Positions 13,510-27,835 of a DNA stretch of 64,000 nt are shown one piece after another. Within the stretch, counting starts at the first letter, position 1, and the number at the start of each line of letters is the position of its first letter. The position numbers were made by a program, and so were the translations under genes. Under the pieces are notes generated by a model, which saw only the letters and a program-made list of their open reading frames with translations, was not told the DNA's origin and searched no databases. The stretch spans positions 12,524,001 to 12,588,000 of the forward strand of contig OX597817.1 of assembly GCA_951406725.2 (NCBI GenBank), read 5' to 3'. Source of the DNA: Octopus vulgaris (taxonomy: Eukaryota).

Positions 13510-14511
13510 TGCCACACAGTGGGAGTGAACCCGAAACCATATGGTCGGTAAACAATGTTCTTACCATATAGGCGTAGGAGTGGCTGTGTGGTAAGTAGCT
13601 TGCTTACCAACCACATGGTTTCGGGTTCCGTGGCACCTCGGGCAAGTGTCTTCTACTATAGCCTCGGGCCGACCAAAGCCTTGTGAGTGGATTTGGTAGA
13701 CGGAAACTGAAAGAAGCTCGTCCTATATATGTGTATATATATATGTGTGTGTGTGTGTGTGAGTGTATGTTTGTGTGTCCGTGTTTGTTCCCCAACATCG
13801 CTTGACAACCGATGCTGATGTGTTTACGTCACCGTAACTTAGTACTAGGCTTACAATGAATAAGTCCCGGTGTCGATTTGCTCGACTAAAGGCGGTGCTC
13901 CAGCATGGCCGTAGTCAAATAACTGAAACAAGTAAAAGAGTAAAAGAGTATACAACAATATATACATAACACATATACTGTAGTATATGACACACAGGCA
14001 CACACTCACACGCATGCATTACATACAGGCGTAGTTATTGTGATAAGAAGTTTGTTTCCCACCATATGATTCGGGTTCAGTCGCACTACATAACTAACAT
14101 AAATTGATCTTGGTATAAACGGTTCTGGCCAGCACCTTCCGTCCCTTTTGTGACTTCTATTAATTTTGCCTTTAGGTTCTAATTGCTAATAAACCCACCT
14201 TTTACTTTGTTCTTTACACTTTCACCGTTTGGTAAGTCAGCATACGATTTAAATGGTGTTTCTTATATGTTAGACAGAAGTTCAGCTTAAGGTGTTCTAC
14301 ATCAAAATTCGAAATTGCAATACGGCTATGTCCGATATATAACCAGTGCTGATGTGTTTACGTCTCCGTAACTTAGCGGTTCAGCAAAAGGATTCGATAG
14401 AATATGTAGTAGATATAAAACCAAACGTACTGGGGTCGAGTCATTCGACTGAAATTCTTCAAGTCCCGGCGTGGCCACAGTATAATGACTGAAACAAATA
14501 AAAAACCAGAA

Positions 14512-14596
<85 letters not shown>

Positions 14597-14970
14597 TATA
14601 TACGACAGGCTTCTTTCAGTTTCCGTCTATCAAATCCTTTATAATATATATGTATATATATATATATATAACGGGAAGCTTTATCAAAATAGACAAAAGA
14701 CGAAGGCTGGTGGAAAGCAAACGAACAATTGTATTAGTATGGCGCTCAGGAAATATAAACTTGCCCAAGATGCCACGCAGTGAGACCTGAACCCGGAACC
14801 ATATGGTTGGTTAGCAAGCTACTTACCACAAGTAGCTTGCTAACCAACCATATGGTTCCGGGTTCAGTCCCACTGCGTGGCAACTTGGGCAAGTGTCTTC
14901 TGCTATAGCCCCGGGCCGACCAAAGCCTTGTGAGTGGATTTGATAGACGGAAACTGAAACAAGCCTGACG

Positions 14971-15003
<33 letters not shown>

Positions 15004-15737
15004 TTGTGTCTGTGTGTATGCGTGCGTGTGTGTGTGCGCGCACGCGTTAAGCTGTGTCTGTTTCGTCAGTTCGTGTCACTCTTATCACATTTTCTACTCC
15101 TCTATCTCTAAAAGTACCTCTGCTACTCTTTTACTCTTTCACTTATTTCAGTCATTTGAATATGGCCATGCTGGAGCACCGCCTTTTTTTTTTTAGTCGA
15201 GCAAAACGACCCCAGCACTTATCCTTTGTAAGCCTAGTACTTATTCTATCGGTCCTTTTTGCCGAACCGCTAAGTTACGGGGACGTAAACTCACCAGCAT
15301 CGGTTGTCAAGCGATGTTGGGCGGGGGGGGGGGACACAAACACAGACCCACAAACATATACACAGATACGTCGGCCTGAGGCTATTGTAGAAAACACTTG
15401 CCCAAGGTGCCACGCAATGGGACTGAACCCGGAACCATGTGGTTGGTAAGCAAGCTACTTACCACACAGCCATTGTCGCTCTGTGCCACCGCCACCCTCA
15501 TGATATCTGTTTTCTTTAAACCTACCGACTACCCCACGCCAATCTCTTATCAAACACATCAAGCTTGCATTTCCTGTTAAACCACAACCATGACATTGAA
15601 ACTCAAGTTCAACGCGCAACCTGTTTATTACACCCAATTCTTATCCACCCAGTTCTTCCCTTGTCTCCCCAATTAAATTCCTGCTCCGTTCCACTACCAC
15701 ACATTCCATCCTATTGACACACCCTTCACATACACTC

Positions 15738-15768
<31 letters not shown>

Positions 15769-16111
15769 ACGCAAACACGCGCACACACATGCAAACGCAT
15801 GCATGCACGCATTTTGCATATACACACAGCATACACACACACATACACACACACACATACTCACACACACACACATACACACACACGTACTCATACACAC
15901 ACACACACAAACACACACACGTACATACCACCCTTTTGTGATCATTCAATCGGTAGCCTTTTGCCGAACAGCCATGTTACGGGGACGCAAACACACCAAC
16001 ACCGGTTGTCAAGCCGTGGGTAAGGTAACACACACACACACGTGTATATAAATATATATATATATAGATAGATAGATAGATAGATAGATATATATGTATA
16101 TATATATATAG

Positions 16112-16158
<47 letters not shown>

Positions 16159-16186
16159 TGTATGTATGTATGTATGTATGTATATA

Positions 16187-16407
16187 CGAGTGGAAGTCAA
16201 AAATTATCCGCATTTTTGCCATAACATATCTTTATTATTGTCACAATACTTTTTATGCATGCGTGCTTATAGTTGGTATTATTGTGGTCATGTGATCGGA
16301 GTTTGAGCCTAATCGCTCCATTTTTCTTTCTGACTTTACAATGTAAGCATGGGCGCTCCACTGGCAATGTACATCAAAGAAGAATAAAGTGCAGTGATCG
16401 ATCCGAG
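16187..16407 (+). mobile_element. mariner 5' end fragment
   Basis: TA|cgagtggaagtcaaaaatta terminus. Sequence is the reverse complement of about 17350-17530 and leads into the transposase N-terminus. Confidence 0.7.
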
Positions 16408-17103
16408 CAGTGGCGGCTCGTGTATCGGCACTGCAGAACTGCAGCACCCCCCATTTCCACTCGATATGATCGATAACATTCAATATAATAAGTCCTTTTT
16501 TCTTTAATTCTTTCTTTATACTTGTACATTATATAACCCTTAAGCTTAATGTCAGTTAGCCATCCCTTAGTTTATGAAAAAAATACAAAACTCCTTGTAT
16601 AGAATTATGCACTTCACAGTTCCAGTGACGCGGCGTTTGGCTGTTGTGCGCATGCTCACATGTCCAAGATAGGAAGCTTCACGCTAGGGAGAGACAGCAC
16701 TGTCGTTCATGCGGTGCTGGTGAAAGGTAGTGTTTTTTTTTCACTCCGCGTGTGTTGTGCTTAAAAACGTATTTATATTCTTGAACGTGATAAAGTGTAG
16801 AATTAAATTATAATCTTGCTTCCAACTACAGTGTTGCTGCTAGGATTTGAAAAATAGAGCACATTCCCCGCCCCCCTTATTTTGTGATTTAGGGGGGATT
16901 TTTTAAAAGCAAGGGAGAATTCACGGCGATGTTCAGTGAACAAATTAAACACACTACTCGGCAGTGGCTAAAACACGACCCGATCAAGTTCATGTATAAA
17001 TTTTCTTTTTATATGTTTGTTTCCTTTTACACAATATTAAAACAACGGCTGAAAATATTCTGAAGCAGCACCCCCAACTAATTTTATCTACGAGCCACCA
17101 CTG
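16408..17103. mobile_element. hAT-like non-autonomous DNA transposon
   Basis: TIRs cagtggcggctcgt / acgagccaccactg and subterminal gcagcacccc repeats; the TSD is only partial. Confidence 0.65.
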
Positions 17104-17530
17104 TATCCGGAGGATGGTAATGGTGATCCGGCTCACCATTACTAACTCTCGAGCGTGCTGAATCTTCTCGTCAGTGTTGTGGGGGTTGACGGGCATCCTG
17201 ATTCCTCTTCGTGCGTCACACATGTCCGGCCACTTTTAAACTTCTCGATTCACTCATACGCACTTCTACGCTGTAGTACACTGTCCCCGTATTGTGCTAA
17301 AAGCCTCCGATGAATTTCAGTACCTGACACACCTTTCGACCAGATAAATCGGATCACTACCCTTTATTCTTCTTTGGTGCATATTGCAAGTGGAGCAAAC
17401 AATGTAAAGTCAGAAAGAAAAATGGCGCGATCAGGCTCTATAACTTCGATCACGTGACCACAGTAGCACCAACTATAATCACGCATGCGCAGGAGACAGT
17501 ATGACAATAATAACGATGTGTTATAGCAAA
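17104..17530 (-). pseudogene. mariner transposase N-terminal remnant
   Basis: Minus strand reads APLAICTKEE*RVVIRFIWSKGVSGTEIHRRLLAQYGDSVL...YE*IEKFKSGRT...SGCPST, a typical mariner HTH region with stops. Confidence 0.8.
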
Positions 17531-17917
17531 CATATCTTTATTATTGGCCTGCCCGAGGTTATGGTAGAGGACACTTGCTCAACGTGTCACGGAACCATGT
17601 GGTTGAAGAGCAAATTTTTTACCATACACCCACGCCTGCGTCTATGGTGTGCATAGCCACACCTGGGACGTGGTTCGTTTTCTTTCGCTCTATTCCGTAC
17701 AGGTCAACCCGTTCCAACATTATTGAGTTTTCTACCTTCTCAGATATACGTTCTTGGATTTCATTTACTCAAATTTTACCTACCCGTCCACTGCGCTGCT
17801 TTTTCTATTCATTTGCCCACGCAAAAACAAGTTTGCAGTCTATGCTGGCACCTATCAATTTACACCTGAATTCACACAACCAATGATAAACTGTCGCGCG
17901 CACGCGTGTGTGTGTAC

Positions 17918-17958
<41 letters not shown>

Positions 17959-18939
17959 CCCGTGTGTGTTCATGTATGTACTTATATATATACACACATA
18001 CACACAACACACATACATCCATACGTACATACATACACTCAACACACGTTCACGCACACATACACACATCCATACTCATACATTCACACATATACACATA
18101 CACATACACAATATACACTGGCGTTACGGGATGATTGCGTTCGATAAAGAACAAACAAATAAAACAACTTGACCGCATCTATGCACGAAAATATTAATAT
18201 CTAAACGTACGCAAAACAAAAGTATTTGAAGAGAAATACATTGGGGAATAAAGGATTGTAAATATCGTAAAAGGGTGCGTTCATATCACTAAAGATGTCT
18301 TTGTGAGAGGTTGTGGTAGAATATGAGTTGGTGGAAGCACTCCGTCGGTTACGACGACGAGGGTTCCGGTTGATCCGAATCAACGGAACAGCCTGCTCGT
18401 GAAATTAACGTGTAAGTGGCTGAGCACTCCACAGACACGTGCACCCTTAACGTAGTTCTCGGGGATATTCAGCGTGACACAGAGAGTGATAAGGCCAGCC
18501 CCTTGAAATAAATACAGGTACAACAGAAACAGGAAGTAAGAGTGAGAGAAAGTTGTGGTGAAAGAGTACAGCAGGGATCACCACCATCCCCTGCCGGAGC
18601 CTCGTGGAGCTTTAGGTGTTTTCTTAAACCTTTCAAACCTGCTGTTTCTAACGAGAAAAGATTTTTCATTAGTTGCACTTATCTTTATCTGCAAATCATC
18701 ATATAAACTTTTGGCTTTTTTTCTTTTACAATGTGAAGAGAGAACCAATAATTTATTAATTCTCTCGTTGCATAGTAAGAAGCTCTCCACAATATTGTAA
18801 ATTAACTTGATTCTCATACTTGCATTCAGAGAAAAATGTTGTTTAAGTAAATAAACAGATTGTGTAAATTTATCGCTGCATGTCATAATCAATACCTTTC
18901 CTTTCTTTGTTGTTGCTGCGGTTGCTGTGTCTCAACCAG

Positions 18940-19111
18940 TGACACTATTTTGCGCGTCAAGACAGAAGCAAATGTTCAGAGCTCAATTACAATATATTGC
19001 TTAGAACATGAATGTCCAGATGACGAATACATACCAGTATGTGGTGAAAACGGTATGTCATTCAAATCTCCATGCTCAGCGGGCTGCAGTTACGACGATT
19101 TGAAACAGGAA
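18940..19111 (+). CDS. OATP/SLCO exon (Kazal-like domain, ECL5)
   Basis: caaccag acceptor and GAA|gtaagt donor. Translates ...YCLEHECPDDEYIPVCGENGMSFKSPCSAGC, the OATP PVCG...SPC.AGC motif. Confidence 0.93.
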
Positions 19112-19386
19112 GTAAGTATGTTAATATAATTTGGAACACTATATCGTGAGTCAGTTGCAGAGGATAAGAGCAAAATATATTGAGAAGGCAATAACATAAG
19201 TGTTACAATTGTTACAATAGATGACATAAGGTTAAAGGGTTGGTGATCAGTATCCCTGTTCCATATCCAGATCACTAAAATAGATGCCATAAATAGACAC
19301 TGCTTATCTCTCGAATCCGTGAGGGAGATCTCTCCGTGGTTGTTCGACTTGCTAGTAGTAACAGTTAACTTTCCCTCAGATTATAT

Positions 19387-19700
19387 CTTCTTCTTCTTGC
19401 CTTTTTCAAGCCTAGCAAGGCTCATGGCCCGGTCTCTCGGTTTCTGTGGCGTATGTGTTCCCCACTAGCTGGACGGGACGCCAGTCCATCGCAGCGTTAC
19501 TCAAGAAACAGGAAGAGAGAGTGAGAGAAAGTTGTGGCGAAAGTGTACAGCAGGGGTCACCATCACCCCCTGCCGGAGCCTCGTGGAGCTTTTAGGTGTT
19601 TTCGCTCAATAAACACACACAACGCCCGGTCTAGGAATCGAAACCGCGATCCTGCGACCGCGAATCCGCTGCCCTAACCACTGGGCTATTGCGCCTCCAC
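19387..19700 (-). mobile_element. Chimeric SINE: family C head plus family D tail
   Basis: C head switches to the D tail at gagtaacgctgcgatggactggcgtc; TSD cagattatatct. Second copy at 21627-21943 with TSD ttatcgattgaat. Confidence 0.88.
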
Positions 19701-22612
19701 CAGATTATATCTAATTCATCTTATAAAGATGGAGCACATAGGATAACATAGTCTGAGATACACAGGCCGAAGCATTGACAGGATTGTCACGTCTGGAGTA
19801 CCTTTCATCATAGGTTTGTTTATCCAGAGTTCATTTGGAGCCGAACAACAACTTAATACTGAAAGTTTTATAATCAAAGTTTCAAATTAACATATAGTAT
19901 TTAGTTCAAGAGAGGAGGCGCGTGGTTTAGTGGTTAGGGTGTCAACACCATGATCGTAAGATTGTGGTTTCGATTCCAGGACCGGGTGACGCGTTGTGTT
20001 CTTGAGCAAACCACTTCATTTCACGTTGCTCTAGTCCTCTCAGCTGGCAAAAATGAGTAACGCTGCGATGGACTGGTGTCCCGTCAAGCTGGGGAACACA
20101 TACGCCATAGAAACCGGGAAACCGGGCCCATGAGCCTGGATAGGCTTTAAAAGGGCGCATTTATTTTTTTATTTAGTTCACGACTTCTTATAGTAACGGG
20201 AAATTATAAAACTCAACTCGGTCTTAAGAATAACTCTGTTGCAACTTCTTTGCTCTATGCTGTCGTTGTTAACAACGATTGAAAATGAATTCGAATTCCT
20301 GAAGAATATGTAAAAATGTTACATCAGAGCCGTATTATTCACAAAGGTGCAATGATCGCATCATTTGTTTACAGTTATCAAAAGTACCACCTGTCGTGCG
20401 TTCGCTAGTTTAATCTTGGATGAACATCTTGAACAGTGCAAGAATAATTTTAACCATTTAATTATATGGAAGCACTCCGTCGGTTACGACGACGAGGGTT
20501 CCGGTTGATCCGAATCAACGGAACAGCCTGCTCGTGAAATTAACGTGTAAGTGGCTGAGCACTCCACAGACACGTGCACCCTTAACGTAGTTCTCGAGGA
20601 TATTCAGCGTGACACAGAGAGTGACAAGGCCGGCCCCTTGAAATACAGGTACAAGAGAAACAGGAAGTAAGAGTGGGAGAAAGTTGTGGTGAAAGAGTAC
20701 AGCAGGGATCACCACCATCCCCTGCCGGAGCCGCGTGGAGCTTTTAGGTGTTTTCGCTCAATAAACACTCACAACGCCCGTTCTGGGAATCGAAACCGCG
20801 ATCCTATGACCGCGAGTCCGCTGCCCTAACCACTGGGCCATTGTGCCTCCACCATTTAATTACCGTATTTCTGTTGAAACACACTGCTCTTCTTTCAATT
20901 AATTTTGAAAATAATAAACAATTTAGTAAAATAACATTATTATTATTATTATTATTGAGGTAATGCTTTGAATATAAATTAACATAAGCGCAGGCGTAGG
21001 TGTGTGGTTAGGAAACTCGCTTTGCAACCACATGGTTTCGGGTTCAGTCCTACTGCGCAGCAGTTTGAGCGAGCGTCTTCTACACTAGCACGGGATTGAG
21101 CCATGCCTTATGATTGAATTTCGTAGACAGAAATAATGTGGACACCCATCGAATGTGTGTGTGGGGGGTGCCTTTGATAACCGGTGTTGGTTTGTTTCCT
21201 TAGCTTAAGGGTTCGACAAAAGAGATAGAATAAGTAGCATACTTTGAAGTAAGTGCTGGGGGTAAATTTGTTCGAATAAAACCCTTCAAGATAGCACCCC
21301 ATCATGACCTATAAGATATTAAATTTTAACGAAAGGTTTTAATTTAGGTCACTCTAAAACAAGAGGTTTGTATCTCAGAACCAAGGGCTTAATACACTGA
21401 AATAACTGATATGCTGATGGATTTAAAAGCATGTCAAAGTCTGTAATGATTTCATTCACACTACTACTTTGTTCTGAGTGCTCTTCACATACGAGTAACA
21501 GAATTTGTGCCTTCGTTTCCCATGTCTGTGACAAGAAAGCGAACGCCATTATGCAAGATTTTATGGTGGTTGGATGGTGATGAATTGGCGTCGAAGATTG
21601 CACAATACAACGTTTTATCGATTGAATCTTCTTTCTTTCGCCCTTTTCAAGCCTAGTAAGGCTCATGGGCCAGGTTTCCCGGTTTCTGTGGCGTATGTGC
21701 TCCCCCCCCTAGCTGGACAGGACGCCAGTCCATCGCAGCGTTACTCAAGAAACAGGAAGAGAGAGTGAGAGAAAGTTGGAGCGAAAGAGTACAACAGGGG
21801 TCGCCACCAATCCCTGCCAGAACATCGTGGAGCTTTAGGTGTTTTCGCTCAATAAACACACACAACGCTCGGTCTGGGAACCGAGACCGCGATCCTCCGA
21901 CCGTGAGTCCGTTGCCCTAACCACTGGGCCATTACGCCTCCACTTATCGATTGAATAGCATAAAAAAATTTGTAGACGTAATCATATTTAAATTATTATT
22001 AGATTTTTTCATTCTTTTTCCTACGTGAGGGAGTGTTTGTCCATGACAGGACTACACAGCCACAGCAGGAAATGTATCAGGACATGAAATGTAAAAGCCG
22101 GACTAGACTACTTTATGCGCAACTCCATTGTCTCCCGAGACAAAAAGGATGCCAACAATCATATTTAATATTGTTACCTTAGAAGTCATATCAATGTTCC
22201 GAACAATCAATAATTCGAACAAAATACTTACCAACCAATTTTGTTAACGTAGTTGAGGTTTAAACTATAATTTCATTGCACTCTACAATAACCACACTAC
22301 TTCGAGTTAAGGATATTCTGACAAAAAGATTACTCAAAACAAAATGGTTGAACGATTCTTGAAAGTCGAAAATTAATGTCGAAAATGGTGATAAAAGAAA
22401 TTAAGTCCCAAAACTTTGAGAACCGCCTTTCCCGCTCGAACCAATGCTGCTTTCGATATTCTCTTAATTTCATGGTCGAAATCTATTTTGATTAGACAAA
22501 TCGTAATTCAGTGCAAGGAATCCTAATTAAATAAAATAAAACATACGCTGATGAAATAAACTATACTTTTATAAAGCGAAGCAAAGTTTAATCATGTTGA
22601 CAACGATACTTA

Positions 22613-23000
22613 TCTATATATATAAAGCTGAAATTGTCTGTGTGGTAGGCTTGGTAGCCTTAAACTAACACTATCTCCTCCAAGACCCTGCGGCGCAAGT
22701 TGACCAAAATTGAGAGTATGATAGAAGAAGGCTTGCTCTTCATTCCGTAGAAGAGAAAATTCAAATGGGACCATGTTAACACCAAAAATTATTTACATCA
22801 AAAAGGTGCTTTTTTTCTATGAAAATCCCTATTTTTTACGATTTTTTGACTGCTGTGTCGCCATTTTTCGGTGTATTTCAACCAGAAAAATGTTCACTTA
22901 AAGAGAATAACAAGCTACATAATGCAAAATTTTTACTTTTCAAAAATTCCAATTCTAAAGTGTTGAAACAAACCCGAGCTACGCCGGGCGATACTGCTAG
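22613..23000 (+). mobile_element. Non-autonomous Helitron, second subfamily
   Basis: A|TC...cccgagctacgccgggcgatactgCTAG|T. A reverse-oriented sister copy lies at 31433-31840. Confidence 0.88.
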
Positions 23001-23234
23001 TACACATCTATTAGCTAAAATGTCAACCGAAAATGTTGTACGAATCATTACGTTTCATATAATTTCTCGCTTTTTGAAATGTTCAAACATATACAATCTA
23101 TCTATTAATATCAGCCTGTCTCTTATCGCTCTCTATCTCTCCCTCTCTTTCTCACGCACAAAAATGCACGTACGAATGCATAAACGTAGATAGTTTCTCC
23201 TGAGTTATGTTTTCTATTATTTTGTACAATTCAG

Positions 23235-23392
23235 AAGTATTTCAACTGTACATGTGCAGGAACTAATCAGTTTGCCATCCATGGTAGATGCCTAACCCAC
23301 TGCGATGGTGCCATTTATACGATGGTTTTATTGGCTCTACGTTGCTTTTTAATTGGAGCGATTTTAAGTGCGATGGCGTCCGTGAAAGTTAG
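23235..23392 (+). CDS. OATP/SLCO exon (end of ECL5, TM10)
   Basis: cag/aag NAGNAG acceptor and AG|gtaagt donor. Translates KYFNCTCAGTNQFAIHGRCLTHCDGAIYTMVLLALRCFLIGAILSAMASVKV. Confidence 0.92.
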
Positions 23393-23658
23393 GTAAGTTG
23401 AACATTTGAGCTGGTTTATATATTTTTACATATATTTTTATGTTATATATATATACTCTTTTACTTGTTTCAGTCATTTGACTGCGGCCATGCTGGAGCA
23501 CCGCCTTTAGTCGAGCAAATCGACCCCAGGACTTATTCTTTGTAAGCCTAATACTTATTCTATCGTTTTTTTTTTGCCGAACCGCTAAGTTACGGAGACG
23601 TAAACACACCAGCATCGGTTGTCAAGCGACGTTGGGGGGAACAAACAAAGACACACAA

Positions 23659-23699
<41 letters not shown>

Positions 23700-24299
23700 T
23701 ACGACGGGCTTCTTTCAGTTTCCGTCTACCAAATCCACTCACAAGGCTTTGGTCGGCCCGAGGCTATAGTAGAAGACATTTGCCCAAGGTGCCACTAAAC
23801 CCGGAACCATGTGGTTGGTAAACAAGCTACTTACCACACAGCCACTCCTACGTCTATTTTATATATTTTATTTATATATATATATATATATATTTCTCTT
23901 TAATATTAAAATATTAGGTTCTCACATAAATTCGATCGCTTCCTTTATTTTATGTTTTTATTTGACCTTCTATTGTGAAGTGCCTGAAAAAGGTGAAATC
24001 GATATATATATCACAAAGAACAAAGATTGTGGGAGATAAACAGAGCTACAAAAAAGAAAAGAAAACAACCATAAAACACTGCGATAAATTTTTTTTTTTC
24101 GTGTTAATTTCGTGTTAATAGGCGTAGGAGTGGTTGTGTGGTAAGTAGTTTGCTTACGAACCACATGGTTCCGGGTTCAGTCCCACTGCGTGGCTCCTTG
24201 GGCAAGTGTCTTCTGCTATAAAAGTGTCTTCTACTATCAAAGCCTTGTGAGTGGATTTAGTAGACGGAAACTGAAAGAAGCCTGTCGTATATATGTATA

Positions 24300-24668
24300 T
24301 CTCTCTCTATATAAACGGCAGTTTGTCTGTGCGTGTTTCTGTGTGTCTGTTTGGTTGTACCCTCACCCTGACCACGGCTTTCAACCGATTCTGATGAAAC
24401 TTGACACACGCATAGCCCAATGTCATAATTTAAAACTAACACAGCGAAAATTTTGAAAAGTTCCCCCAGTTCTGAAAAAAATCGATAAATTCGACATGGG
24501 GTCGAGAATCAGAAACACAAACCGCAAACTGTCTAGGGGACGCAACTCCACCTTTTTTAACTAAAAAAAAATTTACCATCATTTTGCTATTTTTTGGCTA
24601 TAACTCTCTAAAAATGCTTTATAGTTATTTCCCTTACAAACCTGAGCAACGCCGGGCGATACTGCTAG
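24300..24668 (+). mobile_element. Non-autonomous Helitron, third subfamily, nested in the (TA)n of a family B SINE
   Basis: A|TC start and CTAG|T end with the shared hairpin; the SINE B sequence resumes directly afterwards. Confidence 0.87.
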
Positions 24669-27481
24669 TATATATATAAATGTGTGTGTCTGTTTGTGTG
24701 TCTGTGTTTGTCCCCCTAGCATTGCCGTAATTTAGCGGTTCGGCAAAATGAGACCGATAGAATAAGTGCTAGGCTTACAAAGAATAAGTCCTGGCGTCGA
24801 TTTGCTCGACTAAAGGCGGTGCTCCAGCATGGCCGTAGTCAAATGACTGAAACAAGTAAACGAGTAAAAGAGCAAAAGAGAGTAATTCAAATATTGGAAA
24901 GGATTAAAATAAATGGGGGAAAACGGATTCGTTATTTATAAAGTTAAAGATGACTGGTGAAGACTTGTTGTTTATATCATATGATTATACACTAAAGTAT
25001 AGTTTAGTTGAGAGATTTGTTTCGCAACTATATAGCTTGAGATACTATTTCACTACATGCTACATTGGACAAATGTCTTCTACTATAGTCATGGATTGAT
25101 CAAATTACCTATGTTGAAGATCATCCTATTTCTTTACTAACCACAAGGGGCTAAACACAGAGGACAAACAAGTGCAGACAAACGGATTAAGTCGATTATA
25201 TCGACCCCAGTGCGCAACTGGTACTTATTTAATCGACCCCGAAAGGATGAAAGGCAAAGTCGACCTCGGCGGAATTTGAACTCAGAACGTAGCGGCAGAC
25301 GAAATACGGCTACGCATTTCGCCCGACGTGCTAACGTTTCTGCCAGCTCCCCACCTTATGTTGAAGATCATCCGAAGGGCTGTTCCTTTTTTTATCGTGC
25401 TAGACTTAATCTGTCACCCAGTTTAACACCACCACTAGTCCTTGGGTGCCTTTAAAAAAGCATTCAGAGCTGGCTTCTGATTAGAAGTTGATTTAGACTC
25501 CTCTTCCCATTAATCTCAGGAGGCCTTGAAAATGGCTGTAACGAAGTCATATAAAGAAAGGAAAATGAAACATCTTAATGTAAAAGAGCGCTCATAAGAA
25601 AAAGAATGGTAATGCGTGAGTTGAACCCCGTATCAGGTGCAATGGCGATTATAGTATGTTTTCTCATCTGACATACCTGCTTCACATTGTCATCGTCAAA
25701 AATGATCTGAACGTATCGAGTGAAAGTCACCAACCTAAGTGTTATATAGTCAAGCATAAGCCCACCCAGGGACGAGGCTTCCTTCTTTTATAAGGCGACG
25801 AGCTGGCAGAAACTTTAGCACGCCGAGCGAAATGCGTAGCCGTATTTGGTCTGCCGCTACGTTCTGAGTTCAAATTCCGCCGAGGTCGACTTTGCCTTTC
25901 ATCCTTTCGGGATCGATAAATTAAGTACCAGTAACGCACTGGGGTCGATGTAATCGACTTAATCCGTTTGTCTGTCCTTGTTTGTCCTCTCTGTGTTTAG
26001 CCCCTTGTGGGTAGTAACGAAATAGGCATTTCGTTTGTCTTTACGTTCTGAGTTCAAATTCTGCCGAGGTCGACTTTGCCTTTCATCCTTTCAGGATCGA
26101 TAAATAAAGTACCAGTTATGCACTAGGGTCGATGTAATCGACTTAATCCCTTTGTCTGTCTTTAGTTGTCCCCTCTATGTTTAGCCCCTTCTGGGCAATA
26201 AAGAAATATATATAGTCAAGCAGATATTTCACGATTTCGAAGTCGAAATTAAACATTCGGGTGAGACAAATGAAGCATGCACTAATAATCAACTAATCTC
26301 AAAATTCGATTTGAGCAACTGTAAAGATATAAATATGAATATTCATGTCCAGCACATTTATCAGAGTTGGCAGTTAAATTGTTCCCTCAGCAACAATATG
26401 TTCGAAGCCCACTGAGTCTCTCCCATATAAAAGCTTTCCGCTTGTGTAAAATATACACACAAAGAGCCAATGGGGATGTCTCTTCGTAGCCATTTGGCCT
26501 GCTAGAAATAGCAGCCAAATATTCTTCAAATTACACCCTACTCTATTTAAAACAGAAATATATAATGTATAATATAGCCATTGATAATATATGCTCTATG
26601 TCCCGTAAAATAATGGAATGATCACAGCTGGAGCGTCTGTGATCATAGGTCAGTTCAAATAGCAATGGTTATCAAATATGAAGATACGGGGATGGCATAA
26701 GGATATATTTCTTTACTACCCACAAGGGGTTAAACACAGAGGGGGCAAACAAGGACAGACAAACGGATTAAGTCGATTATATCAGCCCCAGTACGTAACT
26801 GGTACTTAATTTATCGACCCCGAAAGGATGAAAGGCAAAGCCGACCTCGGCGGAATTTGAACTCAGAACGTAAAGACAGACGAAATACCTATTTCTTTAC
26901 TACCCACAAGAGGCTAAACACAGAGGGGACAAACAAGGACAGACAAAGGGATTAAGTCGATTACATCGACCCCAGTGCGTAACTGGTACTTAATTTGTCG
27001 ACCTCGGCGGAATTTGAACTCAGAACGTAACGGCAGACGAAATACGGCTACGCATTTCGCCCGGCGTGCTAACGTTTCTGCCAAGGATAGCAAGCGGGTG
27101 GAGGTTTGGGGTGCATCAAGAGAAGCGGGATGCTAGAACCACAATGTGTTATATTGCTAGTATTAGACATAATAATGGTAGCATAGCAAGGATTCACAGA
27201 CGAAGTGAGAGAAGCAGAAACTGTTTCGGCATGGAAATGGCAAAGGCATATATGAGAAAAAAATATTAAAGCTGAGAAGAAAAGAGTGAGACATTATAAA
27301 TTCTTTGTAAACGCAGACAGACAGGTAGATAGAGACAGAAAGACAGACAAGTAGACAGGCAGACAGATAGACAGATAGATATGTTTGATAGATTTATTTT
27401 TTAAGATTTCCTTTCTTCCGTTTCTACCATAATCAACAGCATCTTCATCATTGTGATTACCATCTTCATTTCTCTTCACAG

Positions 27482-27546
27482 TTGCATCTCCAAAACAGAC
27501 AGAACGGTAGCAATGTCGATCATGACTCTGTTCTCCAGCCTCTTCG
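27482..27546 (+). CDS. OATP/SLCO 65-nt exon (TM11 start)
   Basis: tctcttcacag acceptor and G|gtaagt donor, phase 2 to 1. Translates (S)CISKTDRTVAMSIMTLFSSLF(G). Confidence 0.9.
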
Positions 27547-27614
27547 GTAAGTAACAGTTTTTTTTTTTCTAAATCACTCATAATCCTTTTAAGACAATAA
27601 TTTTGGTCTTCATA

Positions 27615-27835
27615 CCCTTTCGTTACTGAATTTATTTTGAGGAGTTCTGTGTTTCTTTCAATTACTTTAAATATAACAAAGAATTTCGTGAAATAACTTA
27701 GTTATCATTAAGCTAATGTTAGGAACATAAATTGTGACTGAGGTTTGGTGGAAGATTTTAATTCAAAACTTATGAAAACAAGGCAGTTGTATTACAGAGC
27801 CAGAGCCGGTTTCAGCCGGGTTGGTAACGAAAGGG
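27615..27835. mobile_element. piggyBac-like MITE
   Basis: TIR ccctttcgttac / gtaacgaaaggg; the expected TTAA TSD is decayed. Confidence 0.65.

Noticed and set aside
14176-14231. Possible extra SLCO exon (tttag...G|gtaagt)
   Set aside because: It is 56 nt long and gives an immediate TAA in the required phase; flanking exons join without it. A poison exon cannot be supported without RNA data.
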